The position numbers and the translations under genes were made by a program. A DNA stretch of 64,000 bases, from assembly GCA_034667725.1 (NCBI GenBank), contig JAXDQS010000002.1:1-64000 (forward strand), read 5' to 3'. This document shows positions 30,882 through 39,234 of this stretch, piece by piece. Position 1 is the first letter of the stretch. Every line of letters begins with the position of its first letter. The notes beneath the pieces are model-generated. The model was not told the DNA's origin. It saw nothing but the letters and a program-made list of their open reading frames with translations, and ran no database searches. This DNA comes from Thermoplasmata archaeon. GTDB taxonomy: Archaea > Thermoplasmatota > E2 > JACPAO01 > JAHFTW01.

Positions 30882-31648
30882 TGGAGCTCCCCAAGGGCTA
30901 CCCGACGCGCTTCATCGCGTTGGACTGCGAGACCACCAGCATGGACCCCGCCACGGCGCGCATCGTGGAGATCTGCCTCGTCGAAGTCACCTACCCCCAC
31001 CTGGAGGAACGCAGCCGCTGGACTACGCTCATCAAGCCCGACGTCGAGTTCCCCAAGGAGGCGCAGGCGTACTGCGGCATCACCGAAGACCTGCTCCGCG
31101 AGGCGCCTTCGTTCCGGGACGTGGCGCGCCGCATCCAATGCATCCTGGAAGGTGCCGCCATCATCGCGTACAACGGCCGCCGCTTCGACGTGCCGCTCCT
31201 GCACCAGGAGCTCGTGCGCGCCGGATTCACGGGCCTGCCGGGCAACCAGGTCGTCATCGACCCCTACGAGCTCTTCCTCCAAGACTCCCCCCGCAACCTG
31301 ACCGCCGCCTTGCAGCACTACACCGGCTACACGCACCCCAAGGCGCACCGTGCTGAACCCGACGTCAACGCCATGCTCCTCGTCCTGGAGGAGCAATTGA
31401 AGAAGCGGAACCCCGCCGACGCCCTGCGCCGCGAAGTCCAACGACAACGCGTGCACCACTTCACTCAGGATCCGAACGGCACGGTGCGGTTCGCCTTCGG
31501 CAAACACCGCGGCCAACCCGCCCTCCACCACCCCGACTACCTCCGCTGGATGCTCAAGGAGCCGACCTTCGCCAACAGCCACCCCAAAGTCGTCGAACTA
31601 CTCGACGAATGGAAGGACACCGCCGATAGGCCCCCCGCAGCAGCATGA
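30881..31648 (+). CDS. DEDDh 3'-5' exonuclease (DnaQ/ExoX-like) with C-terminal FGKHRG domain
   Basis: DCETT, YNGRRFD, HRAEPD; FGKHRGQ...PDYLRW; TGATG coupling. Confidence 0.92.
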   Translation: MELPKGYPTRFIALDCETTSMDPATARIVEICLVEVTYPHLEERSRWTTLIKPDVEFPKEAQAYCGITEDLLREAPSFRDVARRIQCILEGAAIIAYNGRRFDVPLLHQELVRAGFTGLPGNQVVIDPYELFLQDSPRNLTAALQHYTGYTHPKAHRAEPDVNAMLLVLEEQLKKRNPADALRREVQRQRVHHFTQDPNGTVRFAFGKHRGQPALHHPDYLRWMLKEPTFANSHPKVVELLDEWKDTADRPPAAA

Positions 31649-31654
31649 GAAAAA

Positions 31655-32467
31655 CTAACGCGGAAGCGGGGTCGACTCCACCGCCGCCCTTAATTGCTCG
31701 TCCGTCAGGAAAACGGTGTCCCATAGAGTTCCCGCAGCAAACTGCCGTCCCACCCCACCTAAAAGACCCGCATGAAATAGACGAGCAAGTGCCCGATGGT
31801 ACCGTCGAGCTAGCGCTGTGATCTCCGTCCCCACTTGGTGGTAATAGGGATCGAGGCTTGCCCGGAAATCTTCCGGCGGTCTGATGCCCCGTTTGGAAGC
31901 CAAGTGATTCTCCAATTTGGTCATGATGTCTTCCGCTCCTTTGCCATCACTGGGAAGGCTCAGGACCCGGTTCAAATGGTAGTACCGACCCTCCCCCGCA
32001 AAAGAAGCCAACGCTTGAACGAAGAGGCGGCAATCTTCGTCCTGATGCATCCAGTCCAAGTCCTCACGAACGAGTCCTTGCCAATGGTGATTGAGGTCAG
32101 TTTGTGGGCCTGCTTTGCACTCCTCCACGAGCTTATCGTGGAGCTTAACAAGTTCGTGGTTGAACGACCGGATCTTGCCGCCACTTGGACGCCGTCCGTC
32201 CACATGCCAACGACGCAAAACTAACGCAATCTTGAGCATGCGTTCGAATCCGTAGGTGTAGAAGAGTAGCGGAGCTGTGTAGAAGTTGTTGGAGCCGGAG
32301 ATCTCTGCGGTTGCTCGATGTCCCTGATGGATTGCTCGCGAAACCGCTTCCAGTTCCAGAAGGATGCCGCCCCTCTCGGTGACGTCCGGCGTCCCCTTGG
32401 AGGGCCAACGTTCCTTCGTAGACGGCGGTGGAATTGGGGGCGACTGATGAAACGAGTCTGGGTGCAC
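31655..32467 (-). CDS. Hypothetical helical protein, possibly HEPN-like
   Basis: GFERMLK, NHELVKL, GRYY motifs; start uncertain. Confidence 0.6.
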   Translation of the reverse strand: MHPDSFHQSPPIPPPSTKERWPSKGTPDVTERGGILLELEAVSRAIHQGHRATAEISGSNNFYTAPLLFYTYGFERMLKIALVLRRWHVDGRRPSGGKIRSFNHELVKLHDKLVEECKAGPQTDLNHHWQGLVREDLDWMHQDEDCRLFVQALASFAGEGRYYHLNRVLSLPSDGKGAEDIMTKLENHLASKRGIRPPEDFRASLDPYYHQVGTEITALARRYHRALARLFHAGLLGGVGRQFAAGTLWDTVFLTDEQLRAAVESTPLPR

Positions 32468-32572
32468 AGCGGGTAGAGACCATTAGCCCTTCATGAGGAT
32501 GGAACAACGACTCGCCAGGCCGAACGCTCAACGAAGCCTGGGAATTTGGGCCGCACAGAACAGTTGCCCAGC

Positions 32573-33580
32573 CTAGGCCGCCTCAACCTGCATGCGTTTT
32601 CGCCACCATGCTCGAAGGTCACGGCTGAGAGCGAGACCGAACATCACAACCAGGAACACCGCTACGGCAATCAAGGCGCTGAGCGTCTGAAGTTCCGATT
32701 GCAGGGAAGGGGATGACTCCTGCGACCTCAGCCATGTCCATCCACTGCCAAGAGTCGAGGGCAGGTACAAAGCGCATAGAAGTGACCAAGCCAGGAAAGC
32801 CGCGATGCAGAATCCGACCCTAAGACTGCGGCGCGGAATCAGCTTGGCGAGAAGCGGGCGCCGCCTCAGGAAACCCGTGGGCAACACGATTACCACCACC
32901 GTGCCTGCGACCATCGCCCACTCTCGCACATCGTTCAACTTGATTTGGCGAGTCCGGACCTGGCCTTCCAGCCACCAAGCTGAAACAAGTGTGAAGGCGA
33001 CGAGAACTGCGAACATGAGGATGGTGTTGCGCTGCCGCTGAAACGCTTTCTTGACGTTTGCCCGCGCTTCTTTCAGCACCTCGTCATACGACTGCACCGG
33101 AGTCGTATCCTTCTTGCGAGTGTCAATGAACTTCTGCTTATGGACAATCATGGTCGCTTCAAGGGTCTCGGACATGTCGCGCTGTAGCGTTCTGGAAGAA
33201 TACATCCAGCGCGAGAAGGCGCGACCCGCAAGGAAGACCGACCCCACAAAGATCGCGAAGGCCACAAGTTGTGGGGTCGACTCGGCGTCACGGGCCATAA
33301 TCATGAAAATGAACGAGAGGAGCGCCATTCCAGCCCACCAGAGCGCGTTTGGCCCAGCATTGGAGTACGCGGCCTCATGGGCTTGAAGGCGGCGCAGGGT
33401 TTGCGCTCGATATGCATGGCTCACAGGGTCGTTCCGTGCTTCAGCTGACGCAGTCGCCTGCTCCAGCTGGAGGAGCTCGCCCGCGCGCCGATGCTCCTTC
33501 AGGCCCGCAAATTGCCACAGCGCGGCCCCCGCGGTCACAACAGCCGCAATGGTCTGCCAATGCCCGGTCGTCAACTCCAC
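32573..33580 (-). CDS. Multi-TM hypothetical membrane protein
   Basis: About 7 hydrophobic segments; GTG 33580 supported by TTTTATT ~25 nt upstream and by the start of the paralogous pseudogene. Confidence 0.75.
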   Translation of the reverse strand: MELTTGHWQTIAAVVTAGAALWQFAGLKEHRRAGELLQLEQATASAEARNDPVSHAYRAQTLRRLQAHEAAYSNAGPNALWWAGMALLSFIFMIMARDAESTPQLVAFAIFVGSVFLAGRAFSRWMYSSRTLQRDMSETLEATMIVHKQKFIDTRKKDTTPVQSYDEVLKEARANVKKAFQRQRNTILMFAVLVAFTLVSAWWLEGQVRTRQIKLNDVREWAMVAGTVVVIVLPTGFLRRRPLLAKLIPRRSLRVGFCIAAFLAWSLLCALYLPSTLGSGWTWLRSQESSPSLQSELQTLSALIAVAVFLVVMFGLALSRDLRAWWRKRMQVEAA

Positions 33581-34151
33581 GGAGGCCAGCACCCCTACAT
33601 CCAATAAAAGGGCAAACGCGGTGGAATGCACACCGCCCAGCCGGCTTAGGTCAAATGGTCCGCAATCCAACCTTAAAGTCTTGCCGAAACGGAGTAGACC
33701 GTTGGAGTAAAAAGAGGCCTAAGAACATGGAGGGGCCAGTTCGACTGACCGCAACCCTCGCCCCGAGCCTAGGAAACTTTGAGGCGGGGGTTGCGGCCGT
33801 GTATGCTCTGGCGGATTCCGCCCCCAAGCTACTTGGAGGCGGGCCGCCAGACGGTATCCCCATCGGGCGGTCCTAACTGGGACCGAGGATGTAGGATGCC
33901 CAAGAAATCCCTTCCGAAACGATTCAAGGTCAGAGAGCCTGCTCGCTCCTGTGGAACTCTTGGCCACTCACAAGCCCCCCCGAAAACATGGGGTGAGGGG
34001 GCTTCAATCCCACAATGTTTGTGGATTAGGGCTATTAACCCTTCCGATTTGGCCCGCAAGCCGCGTGGGTCGCTGAAAAGCATCTCACCGCAGCCGGAGC
34101 CTACCCTGCATGGTCCCCCAAGTTCTTGCATTCCGGGAGGAGGGGGCACAA

Positions 34152-34694
34152 GTGAATAGCGGGCCAAGGACCCTTTCGGAGCAAGAGCGCAAGGACTTGG
34201 TGCTGTTCCTGCTCAGCAAACGGTCCATCAAGCCGGTCGATGCAAAAGCAGAGGCCTCCGATGGAGGGCACAGCCTTCTCCATACGGCAATGTCCATTCT
34301 GGATGCCAAACTAGAGAAGAAAGGGCTTGATCTGGGGTACGACTTCAACCAGTATCTCTTGTACCCAAGTGACTCTAGGCTGAACCGTGATGTGTTCCAA
34401 CTTTACCACAGCGAACTAATCGAGAACGAAGACGGTGAACCGGAACGGCAGTTGCCAATTCGGCACATTGAAGTCACGCCAGCAGGTAAGAATCATATCC
34501 GATTTTTTGGCGTGGAGTCAAGTCTGGCTCGTGCCCTAGCAGGAAAGGAGATTCGGCTTAGCGAAGTTACAGCCATTTGGCAAGACTTGCTTAGCAAGCC
34601 GATGGCAGAACTCCTTAACCTAGAAATCAAGGCCCGCAATCGCGAGGCCTCCATGAAAGAATTTGAAGATGCCGTCAGCACTCTTATAGACTAG
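34152..34694 (+). CDS. YwgA/SocA(Panacea)-like winged-helix protein
   Basis: LGYDF..Y..YP.DSRL..DV..L...ELI and VTPAGK; GGAGG upstream of GTG. Confidence 0.55.
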   Translation: MNSGPRTLSEQERKDLVLFLLSKRSIKPVDAKAEASDGGHSLLHTAMSILDAKLEKKGLDLGYDFNQYLLYPSDSRLNRDVFQLYHSELIENEDGEPERQLPIRHIEVTPAGKNHIRFFGVESSLARALAGKEIRLSEVTAIWQDLLSKPMAELLNLEIKARNREASMKEFEDAVSTLID

Positions 34695-34713
34695 ACAAAT
34701 TGGGGGGGAGTAG

Positions 34714-35835
34714 ATGCTAGTCGGTCGTGGAGCAGGCATTGTCCTCGCCCTTAGCCAGTACGATCGCGATGGGACACTCCTCAACCGAGCTGCTTCCGAC
34801 CTTCGGAAAAAGGACGGCAAGAGCCGCTATGACATCATTGAATCAAGTGCGTCTGGATTATCCATGAGGTTTTCGGAGACTTACCTCTCTAAATTCTCCA
34901 CGGTGCAATGGGGTGCAAGGCTGGGCTCGGCCCAAGGCGCGGAGAGCCGTCTAAAGGCCTTGAAAGCCGTAATGCGTAGCATCACAATGAAGATTCACAT
35001 CTTAGACGGAGTTCTCGCCGTTGAATTTCACGTGGATTCTACGGTAGCCCCTCTAGTGACAATCATCGACCGAACACCCATAGTTGGCCCTGGGCTCCGC
35101 GGGGAAATGGAAACACACTTCCTCGATTATGTGATGGACGTGACAGCGCTCGTACATGAAACAAGTGACAAGAAGTTCGTGTCGTTGAACGTTTTTAGCA
35201 TCGTCTCCGCATTCTCGTTTTCTGGAACTGGCGCCGTAGCAAGTGAGAATGCTCTCTTTCAAGAGATTCGGCAGAAGTTGCGGGACCAACACCACGACAA
35301 CATCGACAAGGTCGAGCGCTTTGAAAGCGAGGTGCGTACCCGCAAGCGGCGCTATCTTATCCGCAGGAAGTCCAAGTATCGCATAGAATGGCAGTTCCCG
35401 AGCACTTTGCAAAAATGGATTACCGAAGAAATCGAGCGGCAAAGAAGTCACCACTGGCAGGCCATTTACCTTGCGGGATGCATGAGAAATTGCCGACAAC
35501 GGAAACACAGCACGCTGCGTCGGCTGGCAGATGACATGGATCACTATGCCCCCCTCTATGAGGTGAGGCGGGAAATGCTGGGATCTCTCCGAGACCAAAT
35601 CGGCTTTCAACTGGCCACCAAGGGCCTTCTCGCGGGCTTCGTCCTTTTCGCGGTTGCTTTCCTTCTTGCCATCAAAGCCGCTCCGTTTGACAACTGGTCC
35701 GCACGCTATGCAACGATTGGCTTCATTCCTTTAGTTGGATGGGTTGGTTACTGGTATGTGATGCATGGCATTACTAGGAGCTTGGAGTTGGAAATTGGGA
35801 AAACATCCATGCTTCACAGTCGGGCAAAACAGTAG
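34714..35835 (+). CDS. Hypothetical protein with long helices and 2 C-terminal TM (CorA-like topology)
   Basis: 373-aa ORF with GGAG SD-like element; two C-terminal hydrophobic segments. Confidence 0.7.
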   Translation: MLVGRGAGIVLALSQYDRDGTLLNRAASDLRKKDGKSRYDIIESSASGLSMRFSETYLSKFSTVQWGARLGSAQGAESRLKALKAVMRSITMKIHILDGVLAVEFHVDSTVAPLVTIIDRTPIVGPGLRGEMETHFLDYVMDVTALVHETSDKKFVSLNVFSIVSAFSFSGTGAVASENALFQEIRQKLRDQHHDNIDKVERFESEVRTRKRRYLIRRKSKYRIEWQFPSTLQKWITEEIERQRSHHWQAIYLAGCMRNCRQRKHSTLRRLADDMDHYAPLYEVRREMLGSLRDQIGFQLATKGLLAGFVLFAVAFLLAIKAAPFDNWSARYATIGFIPLVGWVGYWYVMHGITRSLELEIGKTSMLHSRAKQ

Positions 35836-36019
35836 TCCCTAGCCTATTCAGTGGGGAGCCGCATGGATGACTGGCGACAGCGCTGAACCACGGCGCAGGG
35901 CGAAGCAAAACGCTACAGAGATTACCGGCGCGGCACCAAGGCGCCGACTGCTACACTCCGCTGCGCTGTCGAGTGATGTGCCCCAAAGGCGCGTATGGCT
36001 CGTTCATGCCCTTGCTTGT

Positions 36020-36132
36020 TCCGGTTCAGGAGTTAGCCCGCACGGCGGTGCTCCTTCAACCTGCGAATTGCCACAGCGCGGCGACGGCCACCACAGCCGC
36101 GATGACTTGCCAATGCCCGTAGTGAGTTTCAT
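36020..36132 (-). pseudogene. Degraded paralogue of the 5' end of 32573-33580
   Basis: MKLTT/HWQVIAAVVAVAALWQFA/LKEHRRAG* versus VELTTGHWQTIAAVVTAGAALWQFAGLKEHRRAGE; two frameshifts and a stop. Confidence 0.8.
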
Positions 36133-36185
36133 GCTGAGTTACCTCCATGCTGACAATGCAATGACTTAGGCGGACAGGAACTATT

Positions 36186-37802
36186 CTACGGGGCAATGAC
36201 CGGCTTACTTGGTAGGCTCCAGTACCCGCGGTACCACTGCTGAATCACAGGATTCTGGCAAAGACATCCTTCAGCGGGCTCGCCAATCGGGATCTCAGCG
36301 CTCGTCGACTTCCAGCGCAGACTATCTCCTTGCACCCGATTAGGGACCTGCTGGTAGCCAATCGCTCGCAGGATGATTGCCGACGTGGCATGGATTCCCA
36401 CGATTACCGGCACGTGCGGAACGGGCGGAGCTGCAATCCGGTCGTTGCCAACTTGGGCGCCTTGTCCGCAGATTCCCTCGATGAGTTTCTTCAACGGTTG
36501 CCCGAGGAATTGGGATATGTACGTGTCCGAGAATCCTTTGGCGCGTTGCAAGTCGTCCAAGTCAGCTTTGGTCAATGTCTTGGATGGGTCTTCGAGGTAG
36601 GCTCGAACGCGCGCCAAGGGCCAGCCTACCTGACGTGCCTTGAACTCCATGGCAGTTCCAGGATCATCAGTCTTCGAGTGGTACTGGCAAGCCATGCATG
36701 CTTGGTCGCCAATGCGGTGAATAGAGTAGCCCCATGAGTTGAGCGCGTCTCCGCTGTCGGTCCATACATTCATGACCTGCTCGTGGAGCCCGAACTGGAT
36801 GTCACGGCGGGTTACCGCTGAGTCGACCGCCGCCACCACTAGGCGACGGGGGCGAGCGCCATCCAAGTCGGTCCAGCCGAGGTAGGTGAGCGGTGGCGCC
36901 AGGTATTCGATTTGGAGTAGTGGCAGGATGGCCCAGCCTGGTGAACCGGCACTTAGCCCCAGTGCGTGTCGCGGCTCGAAGCGGGTCGGCATCGCGGCTG
37001 GATAGACGGGGGCCGGAGCCGGGAATTGAACTTGGAGTAAGGGATGGTGCGAAGCAAGGACGTGACGTGCAACCTGCGGTTTGTATTGCCCGACTGCCTT
37101 CTGGGTAGCCAGCAAGTAGCGCTCCATGTTGCCTTGGTCGATGAACTCGTGATCGACCAGGTCGATTCGCCCAGCTAGATTTGGCAGGGTGGTAAGAGCG
37201 TGACAGATTGCTTGGCCGACGGCGCCCACGCCGACCAACGTGACGTCGATGATGGGGGTAGCCGCGTCTAAGGCGGGAGCATCGGGTGGGCTGGAGCCTC
37301 CGCGTCCAGTGATAAGGTCCCAGGTGGCTTGCCCATCCAAGAGGCGAATGCCTTCGATTGTGTCCTTGAACGCGACGTTGAACACGTGTTGAGCGGCCAG
37401 GCTTGCGGCGTAGAGAGCTGCCAGTACGTTGTTGCCTTGGCAGCCGGGTGGCTGGGTTGTTGAGATGGCTGCGGCCCAAGACTGGAAATCTGCGTGTATG
37501 TGGGGCACGGCTACTGTGGAGTCTTGCAGCACGACAGTCATGTCTGGAGTGACGCCCGGCTGGAATTGGACTTGATTCACCAGACTTCCTACGTGAGCTT
37601 GGCGAGCGGGATCTTGAACGCCTTCGACGGTCAAGTTGCGGAAGGTTCGGCCAAGGATGCCGATGGCAAGGCGGGCTTGTTCCAAGCGGATTGGGTTGTT
37701 CTCGTCGACCACCACGTGGACCTTGAAGTTCTGGCAAATGGCTTCGACGTTGGCACGGGGAGCGCGCGTCATTGCTAGCGTGCCTGCGGTTACGCGGTTC
37801 AT
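36186..37802 (-). CDS. E1-like ThiF/UBA enzyme with N-terminal inactive adenylation-like region (BilD-like)
   Basis: GVGAVG, DHEFIDQGNMERY, AVDS...R, CMAC, ICG (candidate catalytic Cys), CLC; ATGA overlap with JAB stop. Confidence 0.9.
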   Translation of the reverse strand: MNRVTAGTLAMTRAPRANVEAICQNFKVHVVVDENNPIRLEQARLAIGILGRTFRNLTVEGVQDPARQAHVGSLVNQVQFQPGVTPDMTVVLQDSTVAVPHIHADFQSWAAAISTTQPPGCQGNNVLAALYAASLAAQHVFNVAFKDTIEGIRLLDGQATWDLITGRGGSSPPDAPALDAATPIIDVTLVGVGAVGQAICHALTTLPNLAGRIDLVDHEFIDQGNMERYLLATQKAVGQYKPQVARHVLASHHPLLQVQFPAPAPVYPAAMPTRFEPRHALGLSAGSPGWAILPLLQIEYLAPPLTYLGWTDLDGARPRRLVVAAVDSAVTRRDIQFGLHEQVMNVWTDSGDALNSWGYSIHRIGDQACMACQYHSKTDDPGTAMEFKARQVGWPLARVRAYLEDPSKTLTKADLDDLQRAKGFSDTYISQFLGQPLKKLIEGICGQGAQVGNDRIAAPPVPHVPVIVGIHATSAIILRAIGYQQVPNRVQGDSLRWKSTSAEIPIGEPAEGCLCQNPVIQQWYRGYWSLPSKPVIAP

Positions 37803-38287
37803 GGGTGGACCTTGACTAGTGCGCTCAATTCTTCTGATTCGAGTGTTCGCCCCCAGCCGGAACGGTCTCGGATGTAGCCCACGCAGTGCGGCCAATTCTT
37901 GAGTCCGAACCGTCCGAAGCAAGGCACAACGATGGAGATGCTGCCTTCTTGCGTGACTGTATCGTCAGCGTCGTCGGTGTCACTGTGAAAGGCATGGCCA
38001 GGATGCGTGTGAATCTGGATTGCGATTAGTCTCCCCGTGTCGGCTAAGTCTTGGTGGATTGGAATCAGGCTCCCAGGAGAGAGACGGACGCTAAGTGCTG
38101 TGGCGTGCTGCTCGGGCACGTACACCATGTCCAAGAGCAGAGTCTTGGAGTCTATGGGTTTTCCAGCGAGCAGTACCAGGCACTCGACGCCTTGGCTTCC
38201 GGCTTGCTGCAAAACGTTTTGGGCCGCTTGGAGGGCGTCAGATCCGACTCGGAATTCCATTATTGACTTCAAGTCGACTGGTTTCAT
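37799..38287 (-). CDS. JAB/JAMM metalloprotease (BilC-like)
   Basis: N-terminal E (GVEC) and QIHTHPGHAFHSDTDD = HxH-x5-SxxD. Confidence 0.92.
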   Translation of the reverse strand: MKPVDLKSIMEFRVGSDALQAAQNVLQQAGSQGVECLVLLAGKPIDSKTLLLDMVYVPEQHATALSVRLSPGSLIPIHQDLADTGRLIAIQIHTHPGHAFHSDTDDADDTVTQEGSISIVVPCFGRFGLKNWPHCVGYIRDRSGWGRTLESEELSALVKVHP

Positions 38288-38752
38288 CTAGTCCCTCTTG
38301 AGAAGTGAGACAACGTTGTTCACGATTCCGACTGGACCAAAGTTCGGGAGATGCCTTACGGACTCCCATGACAGTGCATCACCATAATCCTCATGGAATT
38401 CCCTTGTCCCTTCGACGCAGAAATATGCGCCTTGCCCAGGTCGTTTCGCATCATCCCAAACGTGGTTCTCCCCTCCTTCCCTGAGCAGGAAAGGAGCGAC
38501 CTCTTTCGAGGCCAGTCGCTTTGTGAAATCTGGTGTGCATGGGATTGCGCGAGGCGGCCGGTGCGGCCAATCCGTGGCGTCGAAGAGGATTCCCAGCTTG
38601 GCGTTCCGCTCCGAGTTGAGGACATGGACGGCCAAGTACGGGTACGCCACGTACACAACCTGCCAGTTGTGCTGGCTTGCAGAAGCACTTTGAATGGGGT
38701 CTGCGAACGAGGGGAAGAAGACGCGCCCCAGTTCGCCTGGGAAGACGGGCAC
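38288..38752 (-). CDS. E2-like CEHH-type protein (BilB-like)
   Basis: DWPHRPP (E2 YPxxPP-like) and CVEGTREFH = CxxxxxE[YF]H signature. Confidence 0.8.
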   Translation of the reverse strand: MPVFPGELGRVFFPSFADPIQSASASQHNWQVVYVAYPYLAVHVLNSERNAKLGILFDATDWPHRPPRAIPCTPDFTKRLASKEVAPFLLREGGENHVWDDAKRPGQGAYFCVEGTREFHEDYGDALSWESVRHLPNFGPVGIVNNVVSLLKRD

Positions 38753-38754
38753 GA

Positions 38755-39015
38755 CTAGGCCTTCTTGCCTGGCTTGTTGGACAAGATGATGGTCGCCTTT
38801 TCCGGGATGCCGGAATCCTTCCAGGACTTGCTCACGTCCACCGGCTTCCCATTGAAGGTAACATCGTACAAGGACAAGTCGTCCTTGTTTCCAGTGTCAC
38901 TCAAGGCCTTCTTGACAGCTACCTGGATTTTCTGGTTCTCGGGGTAGGAATCCTTGACGGCTTGGCCGTTGACGCTGATAGTGGCTTCGAATTTCTTGTC
39001 TGGTTTCTCGGGCAC
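38755..39015 (-). CDS. Ubiquitin-like beta-grasp protein (DUF2604/BilA-like)
   Basis: ISVNGQ...ENQKI..AVKKAL.DTGN...NGK.VD...W...GI...TIILS; first gene of the E2-JAB-E1 operon. Confidence 0.8.
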   Translation of the reverse strand: MPEKPDKKFEATISVNGQAVKDSYPENQKIQVAVKKALSDTGNKDDLSLYDVTFNGKPVDVSKSWKDSGIPEKATIILSNKPGKKA

Positions 39016-39234
39016 GGTCCCATCCGCTCCGTTGCCACGTTGCCAAGCAGCAACGGGCGCAATTTGGCACCGCCAGCGGTTCTACATGAACGCTTCTCGC
39101 CCGTTCCGCTTCCCCTTGTAATAACCTGATGGAGCGCCCCCATTTCTTGCAAGGCAGTAGGCGATGTGCGCGGAAGCTGCTTGGACTGCTTGCGTGTTCA
39201 GCATGGATATATCCGGCCCATACCTTGGAGCGCT

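Noticed and set aside
36186-37802. E1 as MoeB/ThiF cofactor biosynthesis or SAMP-activating UbaA
   Set aside because: About twice the size, coupled to E2 and JAB genes, with no sulfur-transfer or molybdopterin genes nearby
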